Source: Octopus bimaculoides (lineage: Eukaryota). Taken from it: DNA of 64,000 bases. The notes below the pieces were generated by a model. That model did no database searches. It was not told the origin of the DNA and worked only from the letters and a program-made list of their open reading frames with translations. Numbering within the stretch: position 1 is the stretch's first letter; each line of letters opens with the position of its first letter. The stretch spans positions 26,633,937 through 26,697,936 of the forward strand of contig NC_068991.1 of NCBI RefSeq assembly GCF_001194135.2, read 5' to 3'. Shown here piece after piece: positions 50,516-64,000 of the stretch. The translations under genes and the position numbers were made by a program.

Positions 50516-52069
50516 CTACAATATATAGACGTATTATTTAGTATAGCACAAGCATATATACATACACACATTAGTCCGTGTACGTGTATGAGAATGCGCT
50601 GGTTTCTGTGATTCATTTGTTAAAAAGAATCATTAAAAAGCAAATGATAGTGAGATGAATGAAGTTATAAGCTGCTAGAATATAGCATCGTCTGAAAACT
50701 GTGTGAAGAAACACTTTTTAATTTAATTCTGTTTTATACTGCTATGTTACTCATATTTGTTTTTGAAATATTCCTTTCGTTATCGTTATGCAGATAGAAA
50801 ACAATATATCATACAAAAATAATCAAAGCTGCATTTTCAATATTATTATTTTTTTAATCAGAAATTATATATTTATTGCCTATTTTACTTTATTTGATTT
50901 CATATAATTTACAATTTCGACTTAACGCAGAAATTAGAATTAATTCACACGAATTTTTGACACTATATATATATATATATACATACATATTATTGATTTT
51001 ATATCATGTTTACTTTTTCAAGAACTCTTGAATGCCAACATAATTTACTGCAAAAAGACTAGCTCTTTAAGAATAGATTATTTTTATATTTGAAAAAGTT
51101 TTTAGAACATTATCCGACGTGTGCAATATTTTATTTCGAGAAAAAAATTATTATCTTATAAATTATAGAATCGTATACCTCCGAAGAGAAACTGAAGAGA
51201 ACGGTATTTGAAAAATTTGAAAGAAATTATTCTATTGCATGTTCAACTACGAACAACATCTCTTTCATTAGAATATTTCAGAAAGAAAATATCTTGCTAG
51301 TGCAGACATTTCAATCATATTTCTGTATATTATTCTATCATCTGCCAACGACTAATTCGGTTTTATTGGATGGTTTTCTACTCCGACGTATTACATGTAA
51401 ATGCAATACTCAACATAATATATTGCATTAAAATATCATTGATTTATATAAATAAGCAACACAACAAATATCCATAGTATATATTGAATCCAATGAAGAA
51501 TATTGTTGGCATATTATTTGGATGAACCTCATCTTTGGAAATGAAAGAATTTTCCATCACAATGTTTATATCTAACTACATGAAGGTTCATGTACTTAGA
51601 GTTAGGCTTTCAAGACCCATGTTCCTTAGTTCACTGGTTCGATTCGTAAAGCGGGTGGAGTGTTGTATCTTTGAGCATGCTGTTTAATTCCAGACTACCG
51701 CAATCCGACCATTTGAAAAATACGTGTCAACCGATTGCTCTCTCTTGTTCATGATATACTGGACGCTGAGCAAGTAAGGGTATTTCATATTTTCTAAATT
51801 TCGAATATTACCAGAGATATGATGTAATCCCTCTGATAATTTTCTAGTTATACTATCTTCAAACTAAGTGGCATCCAATAAATATCTATGCACTGAGATA
51901 CTAACTTTATTCATATATACACTACAATAAGAATTGGGCTATAAATATATTTCTTATACCGATACTGAGTAAAATAAATTTTATCATGTGTCAGTTTTTT
52001 TTCTCCATCTGCTTTTCAGTTGAAACTAGATATATATACAAATGATAAGCGTGCATAATTGAAAACCTG

Positions 52070-52830
52070 ACAAGGATGGAACAAATAGATGTTCTTTAGG
52101 CAAGAATGTGTGCTTGGAGTTCTTGCGTTATAGGGTTTCTCAGGGAAATCACGTTTAATCCTCCAGCAGTGCTCAGCCATAAGGTTTATGTGCCATCACC
52201 CTTGATAACATTCCACCATGGCCCTGAGGTCTTGGTGGAAGCGCTATCTTTGTTCATCAGTTACATATCCAAGGTTTTTATGGCAATGATCGTCGAGGTG
52301 ACTATGAAACAAGTGGACTTTAACACTCAGGAAATGCAGCGATTGAAAGCATTCACCATTAGTATTCAATGCCTTAGTAAATTGCTTCAACAAGCCCATC
52401 TTTATATGGTAGGAAAATAATCTATTCTCAGCTGACAATTGTATCATTCACAATATTTGGTACGTCTGCTCCCAGAGTCTCATGAATGGACCACTTCTTC
52501 TGAATCCAGTATTTCTCTCGAGCTCGGCTATCTCATATGCAGTGATAGCAAGGATATTTGTGAAACCTTTAAATCTACACAAATGCTCCAGTTGGGCTCA
52601 TGATATTTTAGTTAAATCAATGTTTCCATGCTATTGTATTCTTCTTTCAAATTCACTGAGTGACCGGCTGGGACAGATCCATTGACATTGACATTGTGTA
52701 GAAGAACACAATTTAAGCTGCGCTTAGAACTATCTAGGAAAAGCAGCCAGTCGATGGGACTGTACGAGGTGATTTATAATACCTGGAGAAGACCGGGATT
52801 ATCGTAGCAGTAAACAAAATATTTCTCTTT
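52070..52830 (-). mobile_element. Chapaev3-like (CMC superfamily) transposase relic
   Basis: Across frameshifts: DWLLFLDSSKRSLNCVLLHN...GHSVNLKEEY, WSICVDLKV, AREKYWIQKKW, HIKMGLLKQFTKALNTNGECF, VKVHLFHSHLD, NLGYVTDEQR*RFHQDLRAMVECYQG*WHINLMAEHCWRIKRD. The family label is recalled from these motifs. Confidence 0.75.
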
Positions 52831-52959
52831 TGAACAAAATGACACAAAAATCTGGATGTTGCTAGCCATTTTGGAAAAAAGTTTTTTCATCGTGTGTGTG
52901 AGCGCTTTCGATTAATCTTTTCAAGCAAAAGTGCTCTTGGTGAATATATATATATACAT

Positions 52960-52992
<33 letters not shown>

Positions 52993-54492
52993 NNNNNNNN
53001 NNNNNNNNNNNNNNNNNNNNNNNNNNNNNNNNNNNNNNNNNNNNNNNNNNNNNNNNNNNNNNNNNNNNNNNNNNNNNNNNNNNNNNNNNNNNNNNNNNNN
53101 NNNNNNNNNNNNNNNNNNNNNNNNNNNNNNNNNNNNNNNNNNNNNNNNNNNNNNNNNNNNNNNNNNNNNNNNNNNNNNNNNNNNNNNNNNNNTATTCATG
53201 TATATGTGTGTGTGTAAGTGGTGTGTTATTGTCGTCACCATACATTTTTTAACATGAATTTCATGAATCGTAAATTTCCAGTCCTCACATGTGAAAATGT
53301 TATTATATTAAAACAAATCAATTATTTTCATTATTCGTTTTCAACGTATGTCATTCTTGCCTCTCATATTCTACTTTTGTTTTTTTCCAATAATACTAAT
53401 AATAACGGTCTGTGGATATATGTGAAATTCGTGTAGACGTGCTTTGAAAGACTCCTCTAATACGTACGTTTTTAAGGTGCTATATTTTTACCTTTTTAAA
53501 ATCTAATTAAAAATTTCATCTATGCCTGACCTTTTCCCTGTTAAGATAGAATATTATTTTAAATTAGCTGCAAGGGTACACATTTTGGTACACGATAAAT
53601 TCGATTAAATTGAACTTAGTACGTGATCGATACATTATTTTAACGACTCTGGGAATGATGAATATTAAGAATCATTCTTAGCAGGATTTCAGTATCCTTA
53701 CTCAAAGAATTTTGCCACTTACTGATTTAGATGATATAAGTGAGATACTTAGTATGCATTACTTTCATGAATACTGTTCTGCGCTACAAATTTCTTGCCT
53801 GAGAGTCAATATAGCATCGTATGATTTCTCATAATGCAAGTCTGTATAGTTATGAATCTGGCTTCACAACTACTGTTCTACGTTCTATACCACCGCAGCA
53901 AGGAATCAGCTTACGATTAATCTATCTTTTCATATTCAACTCCTCGAAACGGTGACGAGATCAAAAATAACTGCGTCCTACAAAACAAATCACTTCCTTT
54001 ATCCCAAACGGTTTGGTTTCTGTAGTGGCAAAGTCTGATCAACACAGCCCTTCCAACTGTAATCGGTCATAACCCAAATACAGTAAGCACGAACAACATG
54101 CCTAGGTCATCTCAGTATGTGTAACAGGACATCCCTTTTTTCATGCATGTACCTGATGTGACACAAACTGTACAGATTGATGCAACACTATTAGATGTAC
54201 AAAATCCTAGACATAACGGATAGGGGTAAGATGCGTCATAATGATCCTCGTATTGAAAAAAGGCTAGTGCGAAATCTATTTTCTGTTTGCTTCATCGATC
54301 ATTATCTCATCTAACACTGCGGAATTCTTGACGTAGATCCCGTTGATATATTCCCCGACCGTGGATGATACCAGGTAGCCTAAATTGTGAACGTGTTTTA
54401 CTCAACAAACTAATTGACATACACCTGTTAGTTCTAAATAATTACACACGCATATGTGTGTGTGTGCGTGCGTGTGTGTATGTATGTGTGTG

Positions 54493-54535
<43 letters not shown>

Positions 54536-55139
54536 CAGGCTGGGTTAATGAGAAGAGAAAAACACACATGAAATGTGCCTCAAGATAGGTTTGTGGAGGT
54601 TCAACTATGACATGAGAAATTCACGGTGTTGATAGAGTCAAAATCGTGTCAGAGACGTTGGTATGCAGCATATCCATATTTACTTGCTTCTGTATTTCAA
54701 TTTCAAATTCCATTAATTATACTTAGAGATTATCCTCGGAATAGAAACGAAATGACATTAATATTCTGGAACAGCTTCAATCAGAATAATTCTTTACAAC
54801 AGATCATGACACCGTTCTAATAAACAAAGTGTTGCCTGAGTTAGTAGGACATTCACATTGTAAATATACCCAGAAGAAGCGATTCTCATTCCCGTCTAAC
54901 CTGTTTTACTTAAAAACTATAGAAATAGTTTTATTATCCACTCATACATTGTTCACATATATGGACATTAATATGAGCCGATTAATATGAATATGAATAT
55001 TTCATAATAGCTGTGGGCGAAGACTATTCTGAATTATAACGTACAAGTTTAACGGATAAAATGGCGTCGAGAACATAGTATAAATTTTGAATAAACGTCA
55101 TATGATTGAAGCATGATAAACATGCGTATATATATATAG

Positions 55140-55240
55140 CGGATACGTGGTAACAGTCACGATCGCGAAATCGTAGCTTCAATTCATAAACTGAGCGGTG
55201 CGTTGTGTTCTTGACCAAAGCACTTCACCTCATGTTATTC
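55140..55240 (+). mobile_element. tRNA-type SINE, family D fragment
   Basis: cacgatcgcgaaatcgtagcttcaattc..gcgttgtgttcttgaccaaagcacttca is shared with the 47720 copy. Confidence 0.6.
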
Positions 55241-56833
55241 TCACAGAGGGTATGGAGGTTGGTCCGTACTACCAAAATTCTTCCTGGATTTACATGGGAT
55301 TAAATCTAAGGGCCAATACAGTCATGGAAGTACGGATCAACCTGCATACCCTCTGGAAAAAAATGAACTGAACTTTATTCTCCTGACTGTATTCTTCTAT
55401 CTACTTTAACTCTTATCTTTCTATTTTATTCCTTATAAACTGTGAATTTCCTGTCTAGAACTATCATACATACTCACATTTTCTCTGATGACGGAATACC
55501 CTGTGTACGGACATACTAGCCTATCACTTGGGATATCTTCAAATTAACCATACCCTAATTAGATTATTATAAATGATTAAATATACTCGTCCTGCCTTGG
55601 TTTTTGATGTCCTTTTCCTCTAATACATACCTGCTAACACGGAGGCCTAATACGAAACCCTAGCTCCATCCTCAGTTGTTAATTTGGATCCTAACAGATA
55701 ACTAATTATAGCATTTACCCAGTCTACCTCTTCGTTTAGTTCACGAGTGAACTAAACCCCTCGTATCTTTTATATTTTAATATATTTATGATTATGATAT
55801 AAATATGTACCCTTTATATATATATATATATATATATATATNNNNNNNNNNNNNNNNNNNNNNNNNNNNNNNNNNNNNNNNNNNNNNNNNNNNNNNNNNN
55901 NNNNNNNNNNNNNNNNNNNNNNNNNNNNNNNNNNNNNNNNNNNNNNNNNNNNNNNNNNNNNNNNNNNNNNNNNNNNNNNNNNNNNNNNNNNNNNNNNNNN
56001 NNNNNNNNNNNNNNNNNNNNNNNNNNNNNNNNNNNNNNNNNNNNNNNNNNNNNNNNNNNNNNNNNNNNNNNNNNNNNNNNNNNNNNNNNNNNNNNNNNNN
56101 NNNNNNNNNNNNNNNNNNNNNNNNNNNNNNNNNNNNNNNNNNNNNNNNNNNNNNNNNNNNNNNNNNNNNNNNNNNNNNNNNNNNNNNNNNNNNNNNNNNN
56201 NNNNNNNNNNNNNNNNNNNNNNNNNNNNNNNNNNNNNNNNNNNNNNNNNNNNNNNNNNNNNNNNNNNNNNNNNNNNNNNNNNNNNNNNNNNNNNNNNNNN
56301 NNNNNNNNNNNNNNNNNNNNNNNNNNNNNNNNNNNNNNNNNATATATATATATATATATATAATATGTACTATGTATATCTTATCACTCACCATGACGCT
56401 ACTCTAGACGTTCAGTCAGAAGTAAAGCGACGATTTTAGTTTTAAGCAAGTTATTTTAGTGGTGGCAGCGTTGCCCTCGTATTCATCATTAGGCGAGTGA
56501 TAATCTTCATTTTATAGATTTCGTTACATAGATATTCCTATCTTACCATCAATCTTCCCGCGAAAAACCAGGATAGAGGTATTGCAGAAATTTTAAGTAA
56601 AGCAGTCAATACTGATCTACAGATTATGAATAGCTGTTCATTTTCATTCTAACCAACAAGAATTAAGGTAATATTTTAAGTCAGAACGTCTTCCAATTCC
56701 AGCTAACAGTTATTCGATGTACATACAACAATATATGCATACATCCATACGTGCATGTATTTATATTCCTACAAACATACACCTACACATGTATGTGTAT
56801 GTATGTATGTATGTATGTATGTATGTGTGTATG

Positions 56834-56870
<37 letters not shown>

Positions 56871-56880
56871 AGAGATAGAG

Positions 56881-56929
<49 letters not shown>

Positions 56930-57989
56930 TATAGAAACGGTGCACTCACACAATCAGCCAAACCAAAACGAATGCAATTACCTTTATATGTATTTGTGTG
57001 CATATGTGTGTGCCTGCATATATAGTAATTTAAAAAAATAGTGCTGCCCTATTCTGTTCATTTCCTTAAACATATATAGTTGTATCGCGTCAATGAGATA
57101 TCATAATTTCAAAATTCCTATTTCGAGAATACTCCAGTATATTTATACCTATAAAATCTCTAACAAGAAACATTGATTGCATCTCCAAAATATTTGTATC
57201 TATTTATAACTGTCTTACAAAATTGAAAGCTGTACACTCGTTTTTCATTGGTATTACTTTCCATCGTTTAATATATTGACTCTCTCGTAGAATTAATCAT
57301 AATATAAAATAGTCAATATATCTAGCAATATGAAATATATATTTATGGTTACATTGAATATGATGAGTATCACACTGAAACGGAAAGTCCAAGGGCCATA
57401 CTTAGTAGAACTCTCCCCAAAGCACGCTCACGCCATTTATCATTTGCTGTTGCCAAGTGAATGAAAACGTAGATTCCATTTTTAGGAGAATTTACAAAAC
57501 AGTGAAAGGGAAATGAAGTAATTATGCTCAGAATTAACACTTGATCCAAATTCTTACAACTAAAATATTAATGGTAAATGAGGCTGGGTATAACTGGTAG
57601 ATTAAAAACTTGTGAATGTTTGAGTCTATTACATGATTCTCTTATGACAAGAATATACACTCTATCCTTATGTTCTCTGACGATAGCATTCCATTGTTTA
57701 ATTGAGGACTAATGTGAATGCAGTTCATCTGTTTTCTTTCGTCAACCAAGAGTTTATAAATCTTAATCTCATATTACCCACTGAATTTACAAACCTATGG
57801 TACTTATTACACTGTCTATCAAAATGTTTATCTTAGTTTTGTGTCTTTGGACAGTAAGTGTTATTTCTTATTTGATTCTATCTAGAAATCAAGGGACACG
57901 ATTACTATTAAAATTTTACTTTTGTGACCTGGATACCAATGTTTTGAAACTGACTTATTTTCCATTACTTTTCAAATTCAGCTGAATCA

Positions 57990-58170
57990 GAAATATCGTT
58001 ATAGCAGATGCTTTGCTCAGTACCATAGATTTGCTTATCATTTGATTGATCTTAAACACTTGATCATGTCCCTTAATGGCTGACAATATTTGCAACTCTT
58101 ATCATGAGCAGGAGAAGTGAGGAGGCAGCATAGCTACATGCTGAGAGTGAGCCTTTGGGGTTTGTATAAA
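57990..58170 (+). mobile_element. Unclassified interspersed repeat (same family as 4070-4185)
   Basis: Direct similarity to the reverse complement of 4070-4150. Confidence 0.6.
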
Positions 58171-58340
58171 TGTAATAAATTTAGGGTTTGAAGGAAATAT
58201 TAGCTATTTTTCATACTTTCTATGGGTAAGCAAATAGAAAATAAAAGTTGCTTCTCAAAGACAAAAACTCGTGTTACATTGTTATAGTTTCTTGTCTGCG
58301 TCGACAAATCACAGGCGAGAAATAGCTCCAACACACACAT

Positions 58341-58392
<52 letters not shown>

Positions 58393-59679
58393 NNNNNNNN
58401 NNNNNNNNNNNNNNNNNNNNNNNNNNNNNNNNNNNNNNNNNNNNNNNNNNNNNNNNNNNNNNNNNNNNNNNNNNNNNNNNNNNNNNNNNNNNNNNNNNNN
58501 NNNNNNNNNNNNNNNNNNNNNNNNNNNNNNNNNNNNNNNNNNNNNNNNNNNNNNNNNNNNNNNNNNNNNNNNNNNNNNNNNNNNNNNNNNNNNNNNNNNN
58601 NNNNNNNNNNNNNNNNNNNNNNNNNNNNNNNNNNNNNNNNNNNNNNNNNNNNNNNNNNNNNNNNNNNNNNNNNNNNNNNNNNNNNNNNNNNNNNNNNNNN
58701 NNNNNNNNNATAAAGCATGTTATAAAATGCTAAATCAAGCGTTCAAATCAATGCGAAACTTCACTCTGAGTCCATCGTCTTTTATAAGAAAGATCATCGT
58801 CGATCGGGTATGGAAGCAGAAAATATAATAAGCTTACGGAATGCATTCACATGGAAAGTTGCATATATAAATACATGATGTGATCAAGTATTATTTTTGA
58901 CCGCTGTTTCGGGTAATCAACTACTGATGTCATAGGCATGTATATTATTTAACGCGAGCCAATACTATTGTATGTAAATAGAGTGGAAGAGAATTTGAGA
59001 GACATGTGATGCGAAGTTATATCTTCATCAGAAGACGTTGGCAAATATATATAAATTCAATACGAAGAGTTAGAAAAGTACAAGAGGTGTTATTGTGCGA
59101 AATATAAACGGAAGGATTTGGTCGCCGGAGAAGGATGAGTTATTTGATAGAAAGTTAATAATTAAAACATTTAACAGCAACAAGGATAAGAAATAAGATT
59201 GGCTATAGCATTAAATGTCGGAGAAGATGGCCAGTAGAGAAGCTATATCAAAAAGGCAGGCAAAAAGAAATTGAAAGTGAGAAACGTAATATGCAGGTGA
59301 TTTCAGGGTTGCATACCCGATGCTTAGCATTCCATAAATTATAACTGGTCAGAGAAAGTAGGGTTGGAGAAAAAAGAAAATATCCATAAAAATTATAAAG
59401 GCGATAACGGGGTACAGAAAATAGCATTGTAAATTGTAATGTGTTGATGTATCTCAGGCAATATTCTTTGAGTATACGAAGAAAATAGGAAATTTCCGTT
59501 GTTCAGGGAAGACAATAAAAGAAGATAAAAGAAACTAACAAAACAAAAATGAAATAAATGGCAATGAAATGTAGTAAAGTTCAGGAATGTATGAGGGGTT
59601 TTAATTTTCTATGAGAGGTTTACAGATAAGAAAGTACATATATTGATCGACATATAATATCAAATTTTGGCAGAAAACC

Positions 59680-59848
59680 TGCAATTTGGGGCAAGGTTTA
59701 AATTGTTTACATCAACTGCTACCTACTTTATCGACTCCAAGGGATAAAAGGCAATGTTTGCCCTCGGTGGAATTTGAGCGTAACGTCGGACAAAATGTCG
59801 CTAAGCATTTTTCCCAGCGTGCTCAAGATTCTCCCAGCTCATGGCTTT
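59680..59848 (-). mobile_element. tRNA-type SINE, family A (degraded)
   Basis: The reverse complement aagccatgagctgggagaatcttgagcacgctgggaaaaatgcttagcgac...gctcaaattccaccgagggcaaacattgcctttt. Confidence 0.75.
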
Positions 59849-59892
59849 ACCTTGATAGACATATAGACAAATAGATTCACAGGTAGTTAGCT

Positions 59893-60382
59893 AGCTAGCC
59901 GGTTGTTGGATATTATAGTTTACCTAGCGAGCGCTTGAGAATCAAAGATTCTTCAACATGCTTTTTTACTTAATGTTGGCTATTGCAGGTTAATGATCCT
60001 GGAAGTAGTAAAAGTATTTCAGTGTCTAATTACGGTTGTTCAGACTTGCTGTTATTCGTCTAATGAATTGTACTTCTGTAATTCTGAGGTGGACAGCGCC
60101 GTATTCTAACCCGGTCAACGCTGTAAAGGGGACATTTTTCACCTGGATATTACCTTAATGAATGGATAGCGTCAATCTCATGATTATTGAGGCAAACTTC
60201 ATTAGACGAATAACATCAAGCCACAACTGCCGTAATGAGCTAAGCACACGGAAACTCGTTTACTGTTTCCAGGAGCATTAATCGTCAATGGCCAACATCA
60301 AGAATAAAGAAGACTGATGAAAATTCGTTAATTCGAAAGCGCTCACGAAGTAAAACTACAACACCCAGCAACCTGACTCGCT
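59893..60382. repeat. Long diverged inverted repeat (arms 59893-60094 and 60171-60382, 76-nt loop)
   Basis: Hand alignment of the left arm to the reverse complement of the right arm gives about 154/212 columns identical, with an 18-bp perfect core tgttattcgtctaatgaa. Confidence 0.9.
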
Positions 60383-60409
60383 CTTCATCACATGCCAATA
60401 TGGAGAGTA

Positions 60410-60412
60410 AAG

Positions 60413-60472
<60 letters not shown>
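60410..60472. repeat. (ATCT)n microsatellite
   Basis: Read directly. Confidence 0.95.
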
Positions 60473-63400
60473 CATCTGCCTGTCTGTCGGTCTGTCTTTG
60501 TGTCTGTTTGTTTGTCGGCCTGCCTTTATGTCTGTTTGTCTGTTTTTATGTCTTGCTATATATCTCTTTTGCTTCCATTATAGAAAAGTACGCCACCTTA
60601 TACCTTTTTGCACTTTACTAGCTTTTGCATTTATTCTTTCATTTTATTTTGTTCTTTGCTTTATTTCTTTCTTTTAACTTCTTTGAACTTCTTTTATTGC
60701 CTACCCTAACAAACGACATTATCCTGTCTTCTTACTACTGCAAATCGTTGTCTGTCGCACCGAAGACAGATCAGTAAAGCAGGAGGGTGAATGGAGAAGA
60801 GATGGTGCGCATGTATGGGACGGGGAATTGGAAGAAACACCGGGGGGTGGTTATCTTCTAAAACTGAACATTTCCAAACTTTTGTTAAATACAGTGGTAA
60901 GAGACAGACTGTAGTTACGAAGGAAGCATAATAGTAAAAGGTTAGAACGGAATTAGAAGGGTTAGTAAAGTAGGTCAGAACATTGATTTATGGTAATACG
61001 AGAAAGTATGATATTTCTGTCATCCTTTTTACTTTAATTACTGAGTGACACATGGCAGGTAAGTTACAAAGGAGCCGGTTTCTGGTGAACAGTATTACAT
61101 TATCAATTATGGACCAATAAATATCATAAGCAATACTGTCAGGTTTGATGTGGTAGAGGTGGCTAGCAAAGAAGGTTGATCCTTTCTCAGTAATATAAGA
61201 TGAGCTTGACTGGGCGAAAATTCGATGCCTAAAGTTGATACTTGCACCAAATTCTCTCCGTGTGGTGGTAACAGTATATTTATAGGCAACATTATAAACG
61301 TAGATAATTTCACCGCAAATAGAAATTAATAGGTATCCTGAAATTGCAAGCCTTCTTATCGCGAATTACGGTCTGTAGAGCATTAAGCGCGTCAAAATCA
61401 GTATAACCAGCACGACTGTAAATCTTGTGCTTAGAACTATGAATATTCTAGTCATCATTATTAACACTGAAATAGTTGGCATAGTGCAATTGAAATTATA
61501 ATTATTACCATTACTCATAGAGTAACCTGTATTATTATAGGTGATGATAATAGTATTCTCGCTATGCATACCTTTTCTCATCAATTATCTGAAACTACGA
61601 TGTGGATTTGATTACATCACTTATCTGTATGCAACAACTTACAATGAGAATACATTCCTTACACCTACTTTTATTCGCCATTCTTTTCTGATCATAGATT
61701 TAGTAGCAAATATAAGATCCCATGTGTACTATACACTTTACCAAGAAAACAATAAAAACTGATATTAGAAAAATGTATTAGTCTAAAAGTAAGTTCGTAC
61801 TTTCTGATAAAACCTGCACAAAGCCAATAACGATCTGCTTGATAAAGTGCTACAAGATAATCTAACATAGATATAATGACGTTAACGACGTAGATGGATT
61901 CCTTGCTAAGTAAAATAAAATAGATGTCAGAATGCTGAGCTAAAAGGGAAGCCTTCCTAATTTTAAAAGGTCATAAACTAATTTTAATAATAAGCCCATC
62001 TGTGGAATTTTATTGACGAAAAATGTTTTAAAAAATAGTAATAATAGAATTAGAGAGTCAACTATACTACAGCAATGAACAACAGTTAAAGATTAGTTTA
62101 GGAATATAAAAGGTAAGCATAAAGCTAGATTCACAGAATTTTATATTGAGGGATACGCGTATACAACATCAATATATGTAAGTATTGAGCACATGAATCT
62201 TGACTTTAACAAGGTCTAAATGGTCAATAAGGGCTCAGCTAGTATAAAGAATCTGAAACAGAAGAAATTATGTATTGATGAGATCGTATGGCAGTGCTGA
62301 TTATCGTCTAGTCGGTTTCATTATGTTAGATACACTAAGATCTAAATTCCCATCCCATGGCGATGCTTCATACTGTGACAAATATTCAAGTATATCGCGA
62401 GATTGTGTTGAACATGCACTTGATAATACTTTAGCAAAAATCTCATATATACTATTAGTCAATTAAGAATTAAAATTACTATAACCACTAATCGTTCTTA
62501 CTTGATTTCTTACATGCTTCTCTAGATTTAACCTTGCGTTAAGCCCTATCATAAACCGAAGGAAAAACTCCAGTATACACTTAAACAGTTTTGTGATCAC
62601 TATATTAAAAAGAAATTATAGCTAATATCAGCGATATGATACCTAATCTCTCCTCCTCTAAATGTGGTTCAGATGAAAAGTTATATGACAACCCTATAAT
62701 AATAATATATGAAACTTTAAAGTAGACCCAAAAAGGCAATATATTTTGCTTCACACTTTCTTTGAATATTATGACGGACGTAGACAGAACATTTCTGGCT
62801 TTAGTAGATGAGCATTTCCCAGTAACTATAGATATAGAACAGATTTTAATAGAGTTCAGTGAAGGATTCACACAACTGTGGCTTCAATATGAAAAATATT
62901 TTCACTCACTGTTTACATCAAGCGCGCACTTCAAATTTTAACTGCCGTGGCCTAGAAACATGCTTGCCCGAACAGGCATGCAATCAGCTCAGTGGTTTAA
63001 GAAGCAGAAGTCACAACATTACTCCAAAATAATGAAATTCAAAGGAGAAATTGCATTCAAAGGCAATTTTAAAAATAATCATATGCAAACCACGATTCGT
63101 CTGTACAGCATGGAGATAAGAAGAAGGCCACAATGTTAGTAGGCCGTATCTGGGATTTGAAGGCCAGCAGCACAGCACGCACTACGTTAATGGATTAAAA
63201 TGGTAGATGCTTTGTTTACGCAAAATATTTCACATTCTATTTAGATCTAAGAACACCACGGACCCATTAAATTCCAGAAATGTTTTAATTAAATATTAAA
63301 TATTAACATATAGACAAATTTGTTTCGTTGAACGAGAGGGTGCTCATCTTCCCTGGATAAGACATGCACGATCGCAGACTTTCATTTTCCCCTCGTTGAA

Positions 63401-63927
63401 TTAAATTATACCAACAATATTAATTCTGATTCGAACGAACAAAAGGATGTATCACTTGATTTTCTATTTTCGTTAGCTTTTTTTCTTGTTCCACTTATTA
63501 CTTTCTTGTCATTCCTCGTATTTTCTCAATGTCCAGCATCCTTCCTCGATTTTTTCTAGAGACCATTATCCATTTTTGTTCTATTTCATAAGTGACAGGC
63601 CATGTTTTATATTCGAGTTTCATAGATTGCTTGAAAACACAGGACATGCTATACAAGCTTGTAAGTTTATTGTATTTTCACAGCATGAAACTAATAGCAG
63701 CTAGCATGCCCGCAGCTGCATGTCTGGAAAGAATAGAAGAAAATAATATATATGTATTGCGATACTGTCATACACCATCAATACATCAATTCTACTGTTT
63801 CAGATTATTTACACATACCTGAACCTTTGTTGACCATATAGATCTTGATAAAGTCAACATCTATATGGTCAATACTTACACATATTGATATTGTATATAT
63901 TTCTTTAACCCTCAATATGTGTGTGTG

Positions 63928-63967
<40 letters not shown>

Positions 63968-64000
63968 TGTCTGTATGTGTGTGTGTGTGTGTGTGTGTAT

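Noticed and set aside
58860-62460. Purine-rich stretches with a faint RT-like NYGPINIISN near 61105
   Set aside because: Probably ancient LINE debris, but too decayed to assign boundaries or a family.
63593-63660. Candidate exon ending in CTT|GTAAGT
   Set aside because: Several competing weak acceptors, the next AG is only ~23 nt downstream, and the peptide is unrecognisable.

Overview
AT-rich eukaryotic (animal) genomic DNA, almost entirely intronic or intergenic. It has 11 assembly gaps (about 4.0 kb of N), nearly all at microsatellites. The mix of SINE families, Dong/R4, RTE and Tx1-type LINEs and very dense (TA)n/(CA)n/(TAA)n arrays resembles octopus (coleoid cephalopod) genomes; this is recalled, not searched. 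No intact protein-coding gene, tRNA, rRNA or CRISPR array is supported, and most long ORFs in the track are N-run or microsatellite artefacts. The recognisable content is decayed mobile DNA: Dong/R4 RLE-LINE fragments (several junctioned in (TAA)n), Tx1/L1-type fragments, RTE 3' ends, two Penelope-like RT fragments, one full-length dead mariner (30-bp TIRs, TA TSD, DD34D) plus two partial mariners, a Chapaev3-like transposase relic, two hAT/Charlie MITEs with 8-bp TSDs, a Tc1/mariner MITE, a non-autonomous Helitron and many tRNA-type SINEs. I found no convincing novel biological system. The best leads are a ~490-bp diverged fold-back (59893-60382), weak + strand candidate exons of an unknown host gene (8836-8895, 11105-11158, perhaps 13872), an RFX X-box plus NF-Y module, and a microsatellite that replaced the RLE catalytic motif of a Dong copy. 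Fragment boundaries are approximate unless TIRs or TSDs are quoted.
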